A stretch of DNA of 64,000 nt from a virus: IMG/VR virus record IMGVR_UViG_3300031519_004866; one strand, 5' to 3'. Position numbers and translations under genes: made by a program. Positions 38,122-46,578 of this stretch are shown piece by piece. The notes below the pieces were generated by a model. It had not been told where the DNA came from and did no database searches. It saw nothing but the letters and a program-made list of their open reading frames with translations. Within the stretch, counting starts at the first letter, position 1; each line of letters opens with the position of its first letter.

Positions 38122-38652
38122 TCAATCAATAAGTTTGTCTTTGTCATATTCACTCCAATGAGTAAATTTAGTATGATCCATAAGGTCACGAACCCTATGA
38201 CACCAAACACCTGGATTAGATGCCTTAAAGCCTTTGTCATCAATTTTTAGCATAGCGTTGTAACCAAGTTGATCAACATACGGCAATGGTACACGGATCT
38301 GCGGAATAAAGTAGATATTTTCTACTAATCCACTGTCCATAAAGTCTTCTACAGCAGCAATTGGAATATCTAAGCTACAAAAAATTTCGTCATTAACGAA
38401 CACTTCGATCATGTCTTCCCACTCTTCCCAGTCTGCAGCTACCCACGACTTTTGTGGATCAAAGCTATGATTAGCACCAAAAAAGATATGTTCACAGCCA
38501 TATGTGCTAAACATGTCACGAATGTCAGATACATCATGAATACCGGTAACGAACAATGTTTTCTTTCCAAATGCAGGAGTTTTTTCAACTTCTACACCTA
38601 CAAAAAATTTTGCTGTACTTGATACGTGACCATCTTCGTATGTACGTTCCAT
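38122..38652 (-). CDS. Uncharacterised protein in the deazaguanine locus
   Basis: 176 aa with AGGAGA RBS; motifs FFGANHSF and KIDDKGFKASNPGVWCH; no family recognised. Confidence 0.75.
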   Translation of the reverse strand: MERTYEDGHVSSTAKFFVGVEVEKTPAFGKKTLFVTGIHDVSDIRDMFSTYGCEHIFFGANHSFDPQKSWVAADWEEWEDMIEVFVNDEIFCSLDIPIAAVEDFMDSGLVENIYFIPQIRVPLPYVDQLGYNAMLKIDDKGFKASNPGVWCHRVRDLMDHTKFTHWSEYDKDKLID

Positions 38653-38653
38653 A

Positions 38654-40201
38654 TTATTCTCCTGTTAACTCAGTTTCTAATTTAGCTAGTTCGTCATCTT
38701 CTCTGTCATCAGTCCACGGAACAATTTCGTCACCTGCATCGTCAACTTCAACAAACAGCGAGTTAGCAATGTTTGTAACACCACCACGTAGTCTAGAACC
38801 TTCACAGTTCTTAAGGAACGCATCAGCTTCTTTAATCATTGCAAATGCTGCTTCTTTTGTAGGCTGTTCAAATAGTTCTTCAACAAAACGATCGAAGTAA
38901 AGAATATTACGTGGTACCCAGTCAGAGTACTCATCACTCTTATCTGCTTCTTTAACTTTTCTCCAATGTCTCCAGTCTGGACGTTCTTTTGCTAATTCAA
39001 TATCTGTTAAGTTGTTAGCACGTTGTACAGCAACAATATGTTGATACACGTTGTGTGACATCATTAGTGCATAACCAAAGCTATCCCAACTTGTTTTACC
39101 TTCTTTACCAATCTTGTTAAGCATACCTGGTGCATAATGACAAATGTCTGCAACACTTAAACGCCTACCAATTTCACTTTCAAACGGAAACGGAATGTCA
39201 TGTCTGCCAGCAAGTGCTTTATTATCCATTGCTTTGTCCATAATAACTGACCAACGCTTTGAAGTGTGTTGACTGTTAGTGTAAACAAGACCATGTGCAG
39301 TTGCAATAAACGGTGATGCACAATCAAAACTTACTGTAAAGTTAGGATTAATATGTTTACGTACTTGTCTTTGAATACTAGTTAAGTAACATGACCAATC
39401 AAGTTGTGCAGTACCTAAGAAGTGCATCCAGTCTTTACCTTCTAGCATACCGTCAAATTTCATTGTCATAAGTCTGCGTAGTGTAATAGGCATCTTGCAC
39501 ATATTAGCACCACCCATTGCCCAGCCTTCACAAGCCTTGTCACCCCAAATAGCAGGATCACTAAACTCTTTAACACCTTCGTACCACTTTTCAGCAGTGT
39601 CCCAGTCTGAGCCTTGTAGTACATTTAAAAACTTAGTTACGCCTAGTCTACGCTCTAACCAATACTTGTTATTAAAACGTGTTTTATCTAAGCAGTCTTG
39701 AAAGTCTTTAAGTCCTGTTTTAGGAGCATGAATATGATCACATGCCCAAGTCGGAACATCAAGTAGCATTGACCAATCTGCTGTAAGCTCTAGCCAATTA
39801 AGAATGTCATCTCTAGTCTTGTTTGCAGCAGGACCATCAAAGTTTAACCAATCAAACTTAAGAACACCTTTACCAACCTGATATCCACCCGAGTCACCTA
39901 AAATCATTGTTTTACCACGATCTCTATCTTGTACCATAGCATCTTGTACCATAGTCTTTTCAAGATTCAATTGTGCGTGACCTGCTGAATACAAACCATA
40001 CTTGTATGTAAAGTATCCTTGTTCTTCGTTTAAGAAGTTCATGCCTTCAATTCCGCGGTCAAAGCCCGCAGGAATTCTTTCTTTTGGAATAAATTCACCT
40101 AGTCGCTGTTTAGCAACGTAGGTACTATAGAAAGAACTAATAGCTGGCAAATACACAGCGTAGTCTTTCTGTAATGGTGATAAGTTGACTGGTTCTTTCA
40201 T
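38654..40201 (-). CDS. dpdA: DpdA-like DNA deazaguanine transglycosylase (TGT fold)
   Basis: TGT motifs in order: DSGGYQ, SMLLD, NVLQG, GWAMGG, HFLG, SFDCASP (nucleophile Asp position); sits with folE and queE. Confidence 0.8.
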   Translation of the reverse strand: MKEPVNLSPLQKDYAVYLPAISSFYSTYVAKQRLGEFIPKERIPAGFDRGIEGMNFLNEEQGYFTYKYGLYSAGHAQLNLEKTMVQDAMVQDRDRGKTMILGDSGGYQVGKGVLKFDWLNFDGPAANKTRDDILNWLELTADWSMLLDVPTWACDHIHAPKTGLKDFQDCLDKTRFNNKYWLERRLGVTKFLNVLQGSDWDTAEKWYEGVKEFSDPAIWGDKACEGWAMGGANMCKMPITLRRLMTMKFDGMLEGKDWMHFLGTAQLDWSCYLTSIQRQVRKHINPNFTVSFDCASPFIATAHGLVYTNSQHTSKRWSVIMDKAMDNKALAGRHDIPFPFESEIGRRLSVADICHYAPGMLNKIGKEGKTSWDSFGYALMMSHNVYQHIVAVQRANNLTDIELAKERPDWRHWRKVKEADKSDEYSDWVPRNILYFDRFVEELFEQPTKEAAFAMIKEADAFLKNCEGSRLRGGVTNIANSLFVEVDDAGDEIVPWTDDREDDELAKLETELTGE

Positions 40202-40209
40202 AATATTAT

Positions 40210-40947
40210 TTAGGCCGCCTGTGCTGGAATGATATATTTGTATGTTGCTAAACCACTGTCTAATTCGATCTGGATAGCACCTTCGTTACTAAGACTCATC
40301 TTAGTGTTGTTTACATCTGCAATTTTAAGAATTGCTAAGATACTTGCAACAGGCCAAGTCCAACCACGATCCAATGTACCTATAGTGTCAGTAGCAAACA
40401 CAAACTCGCCACCATGCGAACCTGCATCACCAAAGATAAACTTCAAATTGCCGTCCTCAGTTTTAGCTAAGAATGTTGGATGCTCACTATTAGCACCTGC
40501 TTGGAAGTTAAAACGTTGCACACCAGCAAGTGATGGAACAACTTCTACATCCCACTTAACACCGCGGAACTTAACAGTTTTCATCTTCTCATTAATAATT
40601 TCCATAAGCATAAACTTATAGTCGTTTTTAAAATCGCCTGTTGCGTTTTCAAATTTAATTCCTGTTGGAATAGTTTGGTCGTTACGCACACCAGTTGTTA
40701 CACTAATCTTAGCGTCAGTTTTATATTCACTACCATCTAGCAAATACTTTAACTTTTGAAGCTGTGGCATACCAAACGTGCCAAGCATGTCTGGATAAGG
40801 ATTGTGCGTCTTTGCTTCCATAATAACTGATCTATCATCAGCCATAGAAAACATTGTAGTTTCACTTTCTTCACCAGATACCTTGACAGTTGTCAAGAAT
40901 CCCAAGTTCTGTGTGTGATCTACGATATCTTTTAGTATGTCTTTCAT
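40210..40947 (-). CDS. DNA polymerase sliding clamp (gp45/PCNA-like)
   Basis: 245 aa, alternating beta/alpha pattern, C-terminal TYKYIIPAQ; directly downstream of the polymerase. A clamp loader is also in the window. Confidence 0.65.
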   Translation of the reverse strand: MKDILKDIVDHTQNLGFLTTVKVSGEESETTMFSMADDRSVIMEAKTHNPYPDMLGTFGMPQLQKLKYLLDGSEYKTDAKISVTTGVRNDQTIPTGIKFENATGDFKNDYKFMLMEIINEKMKTVKFRGVKWDVEVVPSLAGVQRFNFQAGANSEHPTFLAKTEDGNLKFIFGDAGSHGGEFVFATDTIGTLDRGWTWPVASILAILKIADVNNTKMSLSNEGAIQIELDSGLATYKYIIPAQAA

Positions 40948-40974
40948 TTTTAGAGTTCTCCGTTTGTTATATAC

Positions 40975-41003
40975 ATTATATTTAGGTTTTTGTTAAAGAG
41001 CAA
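40975..41003 (-). promoter_or_regulatory. sigma70-type promoter for the clamp-dpdA operon
   Basis: TTGCTC-17 nt-TATAAT upstream of GGAGA and ATG 40947. Confidence 0.6.
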
Positions 41004-41020
41004 GAATTTTTTTATCCAAA

Positions 41021-43690
41021 CTACTCAAAGTCAAACAAGCTATTAAAGTTATTATCACTTCTAGTAGATTTAATATCCCAATCCAATACTCCAATAAGGT
41101 TGCCAAGTTTTTCGTCAATGACTGCATTTTCCATAGCCTCGCCATCAAATGGCAGTTCTTTAAACCATTGCGGTATTCTTAGTTCGTCTACAGGATATGC
41201 AATACTTGTATAGCCCATAGGATTCTGTTTAACTTTACAAACAATAACTTTAGCACCGTCAGTGATAGTAATAGAATACTTGTCATCATTCATACGCTTT
41301 AGCGTGTTCCAGTTAATACTTGCTCGAACATGTCCGGGCATGTTAGCTTTACCTTGCTTCTTTTCTTTAGCTTGGTATTCAGTAACTTTGTTTGCACGTT
41401 TAGGTGATCCTTTCTCCCAACCAGGTCTTGCTTTAAATTCTGTTCTAAATTCAGTAATGTAATCTAGTACATTTTGTTGTTCGGCACCTGCAAGTACACG
41501 AGTCAACACTTCATTTAAAAATTCCTGAATAATAACAGGAGTATCCGAACGTTTAAGATCTAAGCCCATTGCTTTAATCTTTCCGTCTTTGCCGTCTACA
41601 TCTGTACGTTTGCCTTCAATATCGTAATACAATACAGCATAACGCTTTTTAGTAATAAACAGACCTTTGGTTGCAACAATTTCTCTAGCTGCCGCAATAA
41701 CATCTGAACGACTCTTTGGACAATGGAATGCATCCATCATAAACTTAGGAAACGTTGTATTGCAGTTGTCGCCTATTGTGTCATACAAGTTCATAACACT
41801 TTCACGATCCCACGGAATATTACCTGCATCTATCTCATCTTTAAGTGTGCTATATGCACTAAAGTATGTAGAGTCAGTATCACCATATACAATTGACTTG
41901 CCAGTGTGATCATACTCGCCAGTGATAATTTCGTTAATCTTTGCAGCCATATGTTTAACAATAGCTCTGCCACTTAGTGTTGTTGATTGTCCAATACGGT
42001 TATCAAAGAATCTACAACCTGGATTAAGAATAGCACCATATAAACTGTTAAGCAAAATCTTTTTAACTAACTGCCTTTTAGCCCAGTATTCTTCTTCAAT
42101 TGGATTATTTGCAGAAATAGCATCACGCATCTTGCCTTGCATTTCTTTACGTTCTTTATACCAACGTTTTAGTAGTCCAGGAATGATACCTTCTTTTTCG
42201 TGTGTAAAGATAGTACCGTTAGCACTAAGCATCCATGGCTGGTTACTTTCGTAAATTAGATCGTATACCTGAGCAGCACTAAGAGTGTCTTCACCGCCGC
42301 CTTCTTCCCAATCAATAGTAAGTTGTCTACCAACTTCTTTAGCCATTACAGCTTCGTATTCTACAGAACCAAACTGACCTTCCCAAGCACTAGCAAAACT
42401 TTTACCTTTAGCCATCTCAGCCTCAATACGTGCTTTAGTACCATCTTGACGTAGTTGACCAACAATAGTTTCTGGACCCATGTTTAACGCACGAATCACA
42501 CTAGGATATAGTGAGTTCAAGTCAACACTACCAATCCACTCGTGAATACCTTTTTTAGGATATGCTACATAAGCACCAGCTGCTGGCTCGCTGCCTGGCT
42601 CTCTGCGAATTCTGTTTGGAACAATAAAGCCACGTCTGTGTGCTTCGTTAATAATGCCTTGTTCTGTAACAGCAACAGCACCCATAGTTGTTTGAATAAG
42701 AACTGTGTTTTCGTGTGCAATAGTATTTGCAAGATCAATAAACTTCAGTTTCTTATCTAACTTGTCTAGTAGTGCAGTATCTTGAATGTTATATTCAATA
42801 AACGTTCTAAAATTGTTGTTGTATAGTGCATCAAGTGAACCATCATAAACAGTTTTGTTCTCACCGATCTCTAACTCACCAATAGCATCTAGTCGATATG
42901 TATGGCGTTCTTCATAATTATATTTTCTATATAGTTCTAATGAGTCTACATGCACTCGTCCAATTAAATCATAAGTTACAGATGTTTTACCAAACTTCTC
43001 ATACTCACGCTTTTTAGGATATTGATTCCAAAGACACAACCGTTTTGTATCTTCTTTGCTTAATGTTTTAGTAATACGATTAACTGTGTACGGAATATCA
43101 AAGCCTTCGCTGTTCCATCCACTTAGTACATCAGCTTCTTGAATTACATCAAGAAATGCATCAAGCATTTCACTTTCTTTCTTAAACAGCATTACATTAG
43201 GAATGCCTTCGATAGCTTTCTCTGCTTCTTCCATGCTTAGTGTCTTAGGTGGAATTGCAAAACACACCATTGTTTCCATCCACTGCAAATACACAGAAAC
43301 AGATGTAATTGGCATAAACGCATCTTCTGGTGAAGCGTATCCACGCTCGGGATCAAAGTCAACCTCAATATCAAAAAACGCAACGTTTAGTTTAGGAGCG
43401 TCTTGATTGAGATAGTTATCTTCAAGCATTCTGTAAATTGGATTAATATCGCTTTCAAACAGTTTTTTGTTGCTATGGATAGCAAGTTCTTTGCGAAGCT
43501 CTTTGATGTTTTTACAAGTTACCCTTGATAGCGGTTGTCCATATATACTCTGGAACTTACCTCTAGGGTCTGCGTAATAAAAAATATGTCTTGGGTTGTA
43601 TTCTCGGTAATGTCTATTACCTTTTGCATCACGTTCAACAACGTTAATAACGTCCTGATCGCGATTATAGAAAGCGTCTACGTAACTCAT
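41021..43690 (-). CDS. Family B DNA polymerase with 3'-5' exonuclease (T4 gp43-like)
   Basis: ExoI FDIEVD, ExoII GWNSEGFD, ExoIII YNIQD; Pol motifs DLNSLYPS, KILLNSLYG, YGDTDS; C-terminal clamp-binding-like NSLFDF. Confidence 0.97.
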   Translation of the reverse strand: MSYVDAFYNRDQDVINVVERDAKGNRHYREYNPRHIFYYADPRGKFQSIYGQPLSRVTCKNIKELRKELAIHSNKKLFESDINPIYRMLEDNYLNQDAPKLNVAFFDIEVDFDPERGYASPEDAFMPITSVSVYLQWMETMVCFAIPPKTLSMEEAEKAIEGIPNVMLFKKESEMLDAFLDVIQEADVLSGWNSEGFDIPYTVNRITKTLSKEDTKRLCLWNQYPKKREYEKFGKTSVTYDLIGRVHVDSLELYRKYNYEERHTYRLDAIGELEIGENKTVYDGSLDALYNNNFRTFIEYNIQDTALLDKLDKKLKFIDLANTIAHENTVLIQTTMGAVAVTEQGIINEAHRRGFIVPNRIRREPGSEPAAGAYVAYPKKGIHEWIGSVDLNSLYPSVIRALNMGPETIVGQLRQDGTKARIEAEMAKGKSFASAWEGQFGSVEYEAVMAKEVGRQLTIDWEEGGGEDTLSAAQVYDLIYESNQPWMLSANGTIFTHEKEGIIPGLLKRWYKERKEMQGKMRDAISANNPIEEEYWAKRQLVKKILLNSLYGAILNPGCRFFDNRIGQSTTLSGRAIVKHMAAKINEIITGEYDHTGKSIVYGDTDSTYFSAYSTLKDEIDAGNIPWDRESVMNLYDTIGDNCNTTFPKFMMDAFHCPKSRSDVIAAAREIVATKGLFITKKRYAVLYYDIEGKRTDVDGKDGKIKAMGLDLKRSDTPVIIQEFLNEVLTRVLAGAEQQNVLDYITEFRTEFKARPGWEKGSPKRANKVTEYQAKEKKQGKANMPGHVRASINWNTLKRMNDDKYSITITDGAKVIVCKVKQNPMGYTSIAYPVDELRIPQWFKELPFDGEAMENAVIDEKLGNLIGVLDWDIKSTRSDNNFNSLFDFE

Positions 43691-43700
43691 TTATTCTCCT

Positions 43701-43749
43701 GTATGTCACTTCTGGCTGACAAATACCCATTAAGCAGTTTATGGCCTGC
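43701..43749 (-). promoter_or_regulatory. Twin hairpins in the polymerase 5' leader (candidate translational operator)
   Basis: GCAG-GCCATAAA-CTGC and TGTCA-GCCAGAAG-TGACA directly before the AGGAGA RBS. Confidence 0.45.
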
Positions 43750-43782
43750 GATTACCTTCTTCACTTTTATTTACCCTGTGTA

Positions 43783-44028
43783 TCATAACGTGTACAACAA
43801 TCCGGCTAACCCTACTACAGTTAAGATTGCATTAGTAACTATTAATGCTGGTTCTTTCCACATAATGCTGACACTAAGCCAAATAGCACTGCCAACTGTT
43901 AATATAGCAGGACCTGCAGGATAATAGCCTAAGGCATTAACTCCAGTTCCAAAAACTAAAATTACAGTAGCTAACCATTTTAAGTAGTGACTCATGCTTG
44001 TAAAAAAGCTATTATTGTGTTTAATCAT
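43783..44028 (-). CDS. Small three-TM membrane protein
   Basis: Three hydrophobic segments; alternative ATG at 43995. Confidence 0.7.
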   Translation of the reverse strand: MIKHNNSFFTSMSHYLKWLATVILVFGTGVNALGYYPAGPAILTVGSAIWLSVSIMWKEPALIVTNAILTVVGLAGLLYTL

Positions 44029-44034
44029 ACTTGT

Positions 44035-44063
44035 ATTATAGCATGATTAACGCCGGGTGTCAA
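44035..44063 (-). promoter_or_regulatory. sigma70-type promoter (probably leaderless mRNA)
   Basis: TTGACA-17 nt-TATAAT, 6 nt, ATG 44028. Confidence 0.8.
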
Positions 44064-44069
44064 GTAGTT

Positions 44070-44351
44070 TTATATGATGTGTGTAGCAACAAGATATCCG
44101 TAGATGTTTACTATTCCAAAGTAGCCTGTTAGTAGCATTACCCATGCCGCTCCCCTTCTATAAGCAGCGTAGCATTGTGTTGTGCTACCTACAAAAAAGA
44201 AAGGATATATGAGCGACATGTTAGGGTCTGTTGCGTTCATAGCAAGTGTGAGACTTGCAGCAACAGTGAATACAAAACTAACAAGTTCAAATGCAAAAGC
44301 AACTTTATCAGATTGATAGCTATCAATCCAAAATGATTTGATCTTGTTCAA
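44070..44351 (-). CDS. Small three-TM membrane protein
   Basis: 93 aa with three hydrophobic segments; TTG start. Confidence 0.7.
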   Translation of the reverse strand: MNKIKSFWIDSYQSDKVAFAFELVSFVFTVAASLTLAMNATDPNMSLIYPFFFVGSTTQCYAAYRRGAAWVMLLTGYFGIVNIYGYLVATHII

Positions 44352-44356
44352 GTGAA

Positions 44357-44626
44357 TTATTCTTTATCGTCGGGGAGGTTTTTGGTAATACCTAAGATAC
44401 CTTCAATTTCTTCCCACTCTTCTAATTGGGAATTCCAGCTATCTTTGTGTGCAATTTTAATTGCTTTATTAATAATACTCGGTTTAATTTGCAGTTCTTC
44501 TGCAACTGCTTTTACAGTGTCTTTTAAGCCTTCGTTCAAATCTTCTACTTCACGTAGTACATTGGAACCTTCTTTAATTAGACGTTCAAGTTTTGCCTTT
44601 TCTTCGGGCCCGTACATTTTTGACAT
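44357..44626 (-). CDS. dsbA: T4 DsbA / GapR-like dsDNA-binding protein
   Basis: 89-aa helical protein L..LIKEG.....EVEDLNE.LKD....AEEL.IKP..INKAI...HK, matching the T4 DsbA pattern. Confidence 0.65.
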   Translation of the reverse strand: MSKMYGPEEKAKLERLIKEGSNVLREVEDLNEGLKDTVKAVAEELQIKPSIINKAIKIAHKDSWNSQLEEWEEIEGILGITKNLPDDKE

Positions 44627-44650
44627 AAGTTATCTCCTAGTTGAAGTTAT

Positions 44651-44679
44651 ATTATATAGTCATAAAAAAAGCCAGTCAA
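44651..44679 (-). promoter_or_regulatory. sigma70-type promoter for dsbA, overlapping the terminator
   Basis: TTGACT-17 nt-TATAAT. Confidence 0.7.
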
Positions 44680-44699
44680 CCTGCAACTGGCTTTTTTAT
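44662..44699 (-). terminator. Intrinsic terminator after the late head-protein operon
   Basis: ATAAAAAAAGCCAGT-loop-ACTGGCTTTTTTAT inverted repeat with A/T tails on both sides. Confidence 0.85.
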
Positions 44700-44720
44700 G
44701 TAGAATTGGATAAATTCTTT

Positions 44721-45878
44721 TTACTTGTCTTCAGCTAGTACGTCAAACATTTTAAATGTTCCACCGTTACGCTCGTAAATTAGTCCTGCAAAAATTTCTG
44801 CTTTGTTAGACTCTTCTACTTTAGAAGCAGCAACTCGTTGTGCCCATGTCCAAAGTACATCGTCTACTGGATCAATTTGTTGTTGTCCGCCGCTCTCTTG
44901 TACAAGTTTAATCATTTCCTTGTAAGTTAGATTGGAAGGATCTTTAATTACTTCAATTGATTCGTTAGTTTTTGTTTTCTTTGCTTTAACTTCAGACATA
45001 CATGCTTCAATCATTTCTTTTAGTTTCTTTTGATCGCAACCTGAATATTCTTTGCAAATTGCTGACTTAGTCATTCCCTTGCCGCACATCATTAAAATCT
45101 TTTTCTTGTTAGGCATTTTTTCTGCTGTAATTACTTCGGCAGCTTCTTCAACTGATTCTTTCTTTTTGCCAAAGAATTTTTTCTGCTTATCTGACATTTC
45201 TTTTTTGCCTTTAGGTGCATCTTTCTTAGCATCCTTAGCAGCTTTCTTCATTGGCTCTTTTTTATCGCCGTCTTTGTCAATGTCTAAGAAGTCTGGCTTA
45301 CCAGCTTCAGCTACCATGTTTTCAAACTTGCTACGGAACTTTGATTCATTGTTCATTGGATCATTGTCAGCTTGAGCTTCGCCTGTACCATCACACTTTT
45401 TACAATCTTTAGCACCATGTTTACCTGTGCCATCACAATGATCACAATCCATATCACGGCCACCGCCTTCTTTAACTGCTGTATCTTTGGACTTTACATC
45501 TTCTTTTTTGGCTTTCTTCTTCTTAGCACCGTGGGACTCAGTAACTAAAATTTCCATATCAGAAGCTGGAACTTTCTTTTCAATACCATGTTTAAACTGC
45601 ACATCGTACCATGCAACGTTACCGCTATCATCTGGAATAGCATGGCTTTCGTAAACTGGTTTACCTTTACCGTACACAGAATGTACTACTGTTGTTGCAC
45701 AGTCGTGGTCTTTAGAATGACATAAGTCTCTAATCTCGTTATCAGTATAACCTTCAAACACAACTTTTTTATATGCGTTGCCTGATGATTCAACTAATTG
45801 CTGTAATGAACCGCTATGTGTGTTAGCGTTTTTACTTTCTTCCTTTGGAAGTTTATTTAATATATCTCTAAAGTCCAT
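44721..45878 (-). CDS. Modular late protein (putative head-internal/scaffold polyprotein) with a CxxCxGxG pair and an EF-hand-like motif
   Basis: CDHCDGTG...CKKCDGTG; KPDFLDIDKDGDKKEPM; modules separated by xxE-(S/A/G). Confidence 0.55.
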   Translation of the reverse strand: MDFRDILNKLPKEESKNANTHSGSLQQLVESSGNAYKKVVFEGYTDNEIRDLCHSKDHDCATTVVHSVYGKGKPVYESHAIPDDSGNVAWYDVQFKHGIEKKVPASDMEILVTESHGAKKKKAKKEDVKSKDTAVKEGGGRDMDCDHCDGTGKHGAKDCKKCDGTGEAQADNDPMNNESKFRSKFENMVAEAGKPDFLDIDKDGDKKEPMKKAAKDAKKDAPKGKKEMSDKQKKFFGKKKESVEEAAEVITAEKMPNKKKILMMCGKGMTKSAICKEYSGCDQKKLKEMIEACMSEVKAKKTKTNESIEVIKDPSNLTYKEMIKLVQESGGQQQIDPVDDVLWTWAQRVAASKVEESNKAEIFAGLIYERNGGTFKMFDVLAEDK

Positions 45879-45882
45879 AATT

Positions 45883-46176
45883 TTATCCTTTGGTTTTGTC
45901 CCATTGCTCTTTTAATTTATTGCGAATACTTTCACAAGCATTAGCTTCGTACTCACGTGGTCCTTTTTCTCTAGTGCTGTTAGCCTGAAAGTCATAGGAC
46001 ATTTTTTCGTGAACGGAATTAATATGATCATTAGATATAGTAATATAACTGCTAACCCATCCGTCAAGTTCGTCACCTTCTTCAATCATCTTAAATAGAT
46101 CCATAGCGTTCTTAGCAATGTTTACTAATTCCGATTTGGCCATTTTAGCTTCGTGATCTGGGTGTTTGTTTTCCAT
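45883..46176 (-). CDS. Hypothetical late protein
   Basis: 97 aa directly after an ATAAATA motif. Confidence 0.7.
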   Translation of the reverse strand: MENKHPDHEAKMAKSELVNIAKNAMDLFKMIEEGDELDGWVSSYITISNDHINSVHEKMSYDFQANSTREKGPREYEANACESIRNKLKEQWDKTKG

Positions 46177-46181
46177 ATTAA

Positions 46182-46188
46182 TATTTAT
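46182..46188 (-). promoter_or_regulatory. T4-late-like promoter (ATAAATA)
   Basis: Overlaps the stop codon of the upstream gene, 6 nt before ATG 46176. Confidence 0.55.
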
Positions 46189-46574
46189 CTCTTTATCGCC
46201 GCACCGCCACCAAAAATGTTGCCCTTCATATCGAGCCCATTTTTAGCTGTTCCATTAGCAGCTTTTGGTTGCTTTACTTTAGGTTGAGGTGGAGCTTTTG
46301 TGCCTGATTTGCCGCCCCATGGGTCGCCTGTATAAGACTTTTTACCACGTGCTTTGCCTGGACTTAAATGAGGTGCTTCTACACTAGCAATGTTTCCTGC
46401 TGCTGTAGCGCCTGCTGTAGCACTTTCTTCTACGCCTTTATTCTTTTCATAGCAGTCACAATGTTTGCAGTCTGGTCCACAAGAACATTCTGTTACAGGC
46501 TTACCGCAACATGCTTCTGAGCACATTTCGACTTTAGCTTCGAGCTTAACTGCAAATAATTCACTTAATAACAT
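46185..46574 (-). CDS. Hypothetical late protein with Cys-rich motif
   Basis: MLLSELF N-terminus; CSEACCGKPVTECSCGPDCKHCDC; ESATAGAT. Confidence 0.7.
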   Translation of the reverse strand: MLLSELFAVKLEAKVEMCSEACCGKPVTECSCGPDCKHCDCYEKNKGVEESATAGATAAGNIASVEAPHLSPGKARGKKSYTGDPWGGKSGTKAPPQPKVKQPKAANGTAKNGLDMKGNIFGGGAAIKR

Positions 46575-46578
46575 ACTA

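Noticed and set aside
38654-40201. Calling this gene a tRNA-modifying Tgt for queuosine
   Set aside because: It is much longer and more divergent than bacterial Tgt, lacks the C-terminal CxCxxC zinc site, and sits with replication genes; a DNA-acting DpdA is more consistent, though untested.
41021-43690. Intein or intron in the DNA polymerase
   Set aside because: Single 889-aa ORF with normally spaced Exo and Pol motifs; no Hint or LAGLIDADG signatures.
43535-44738. Plus-strand ORFs 43535..43924 and 44352..44738
   Set aside because: Antisense to well-supported minus-strand genes that have promoters.
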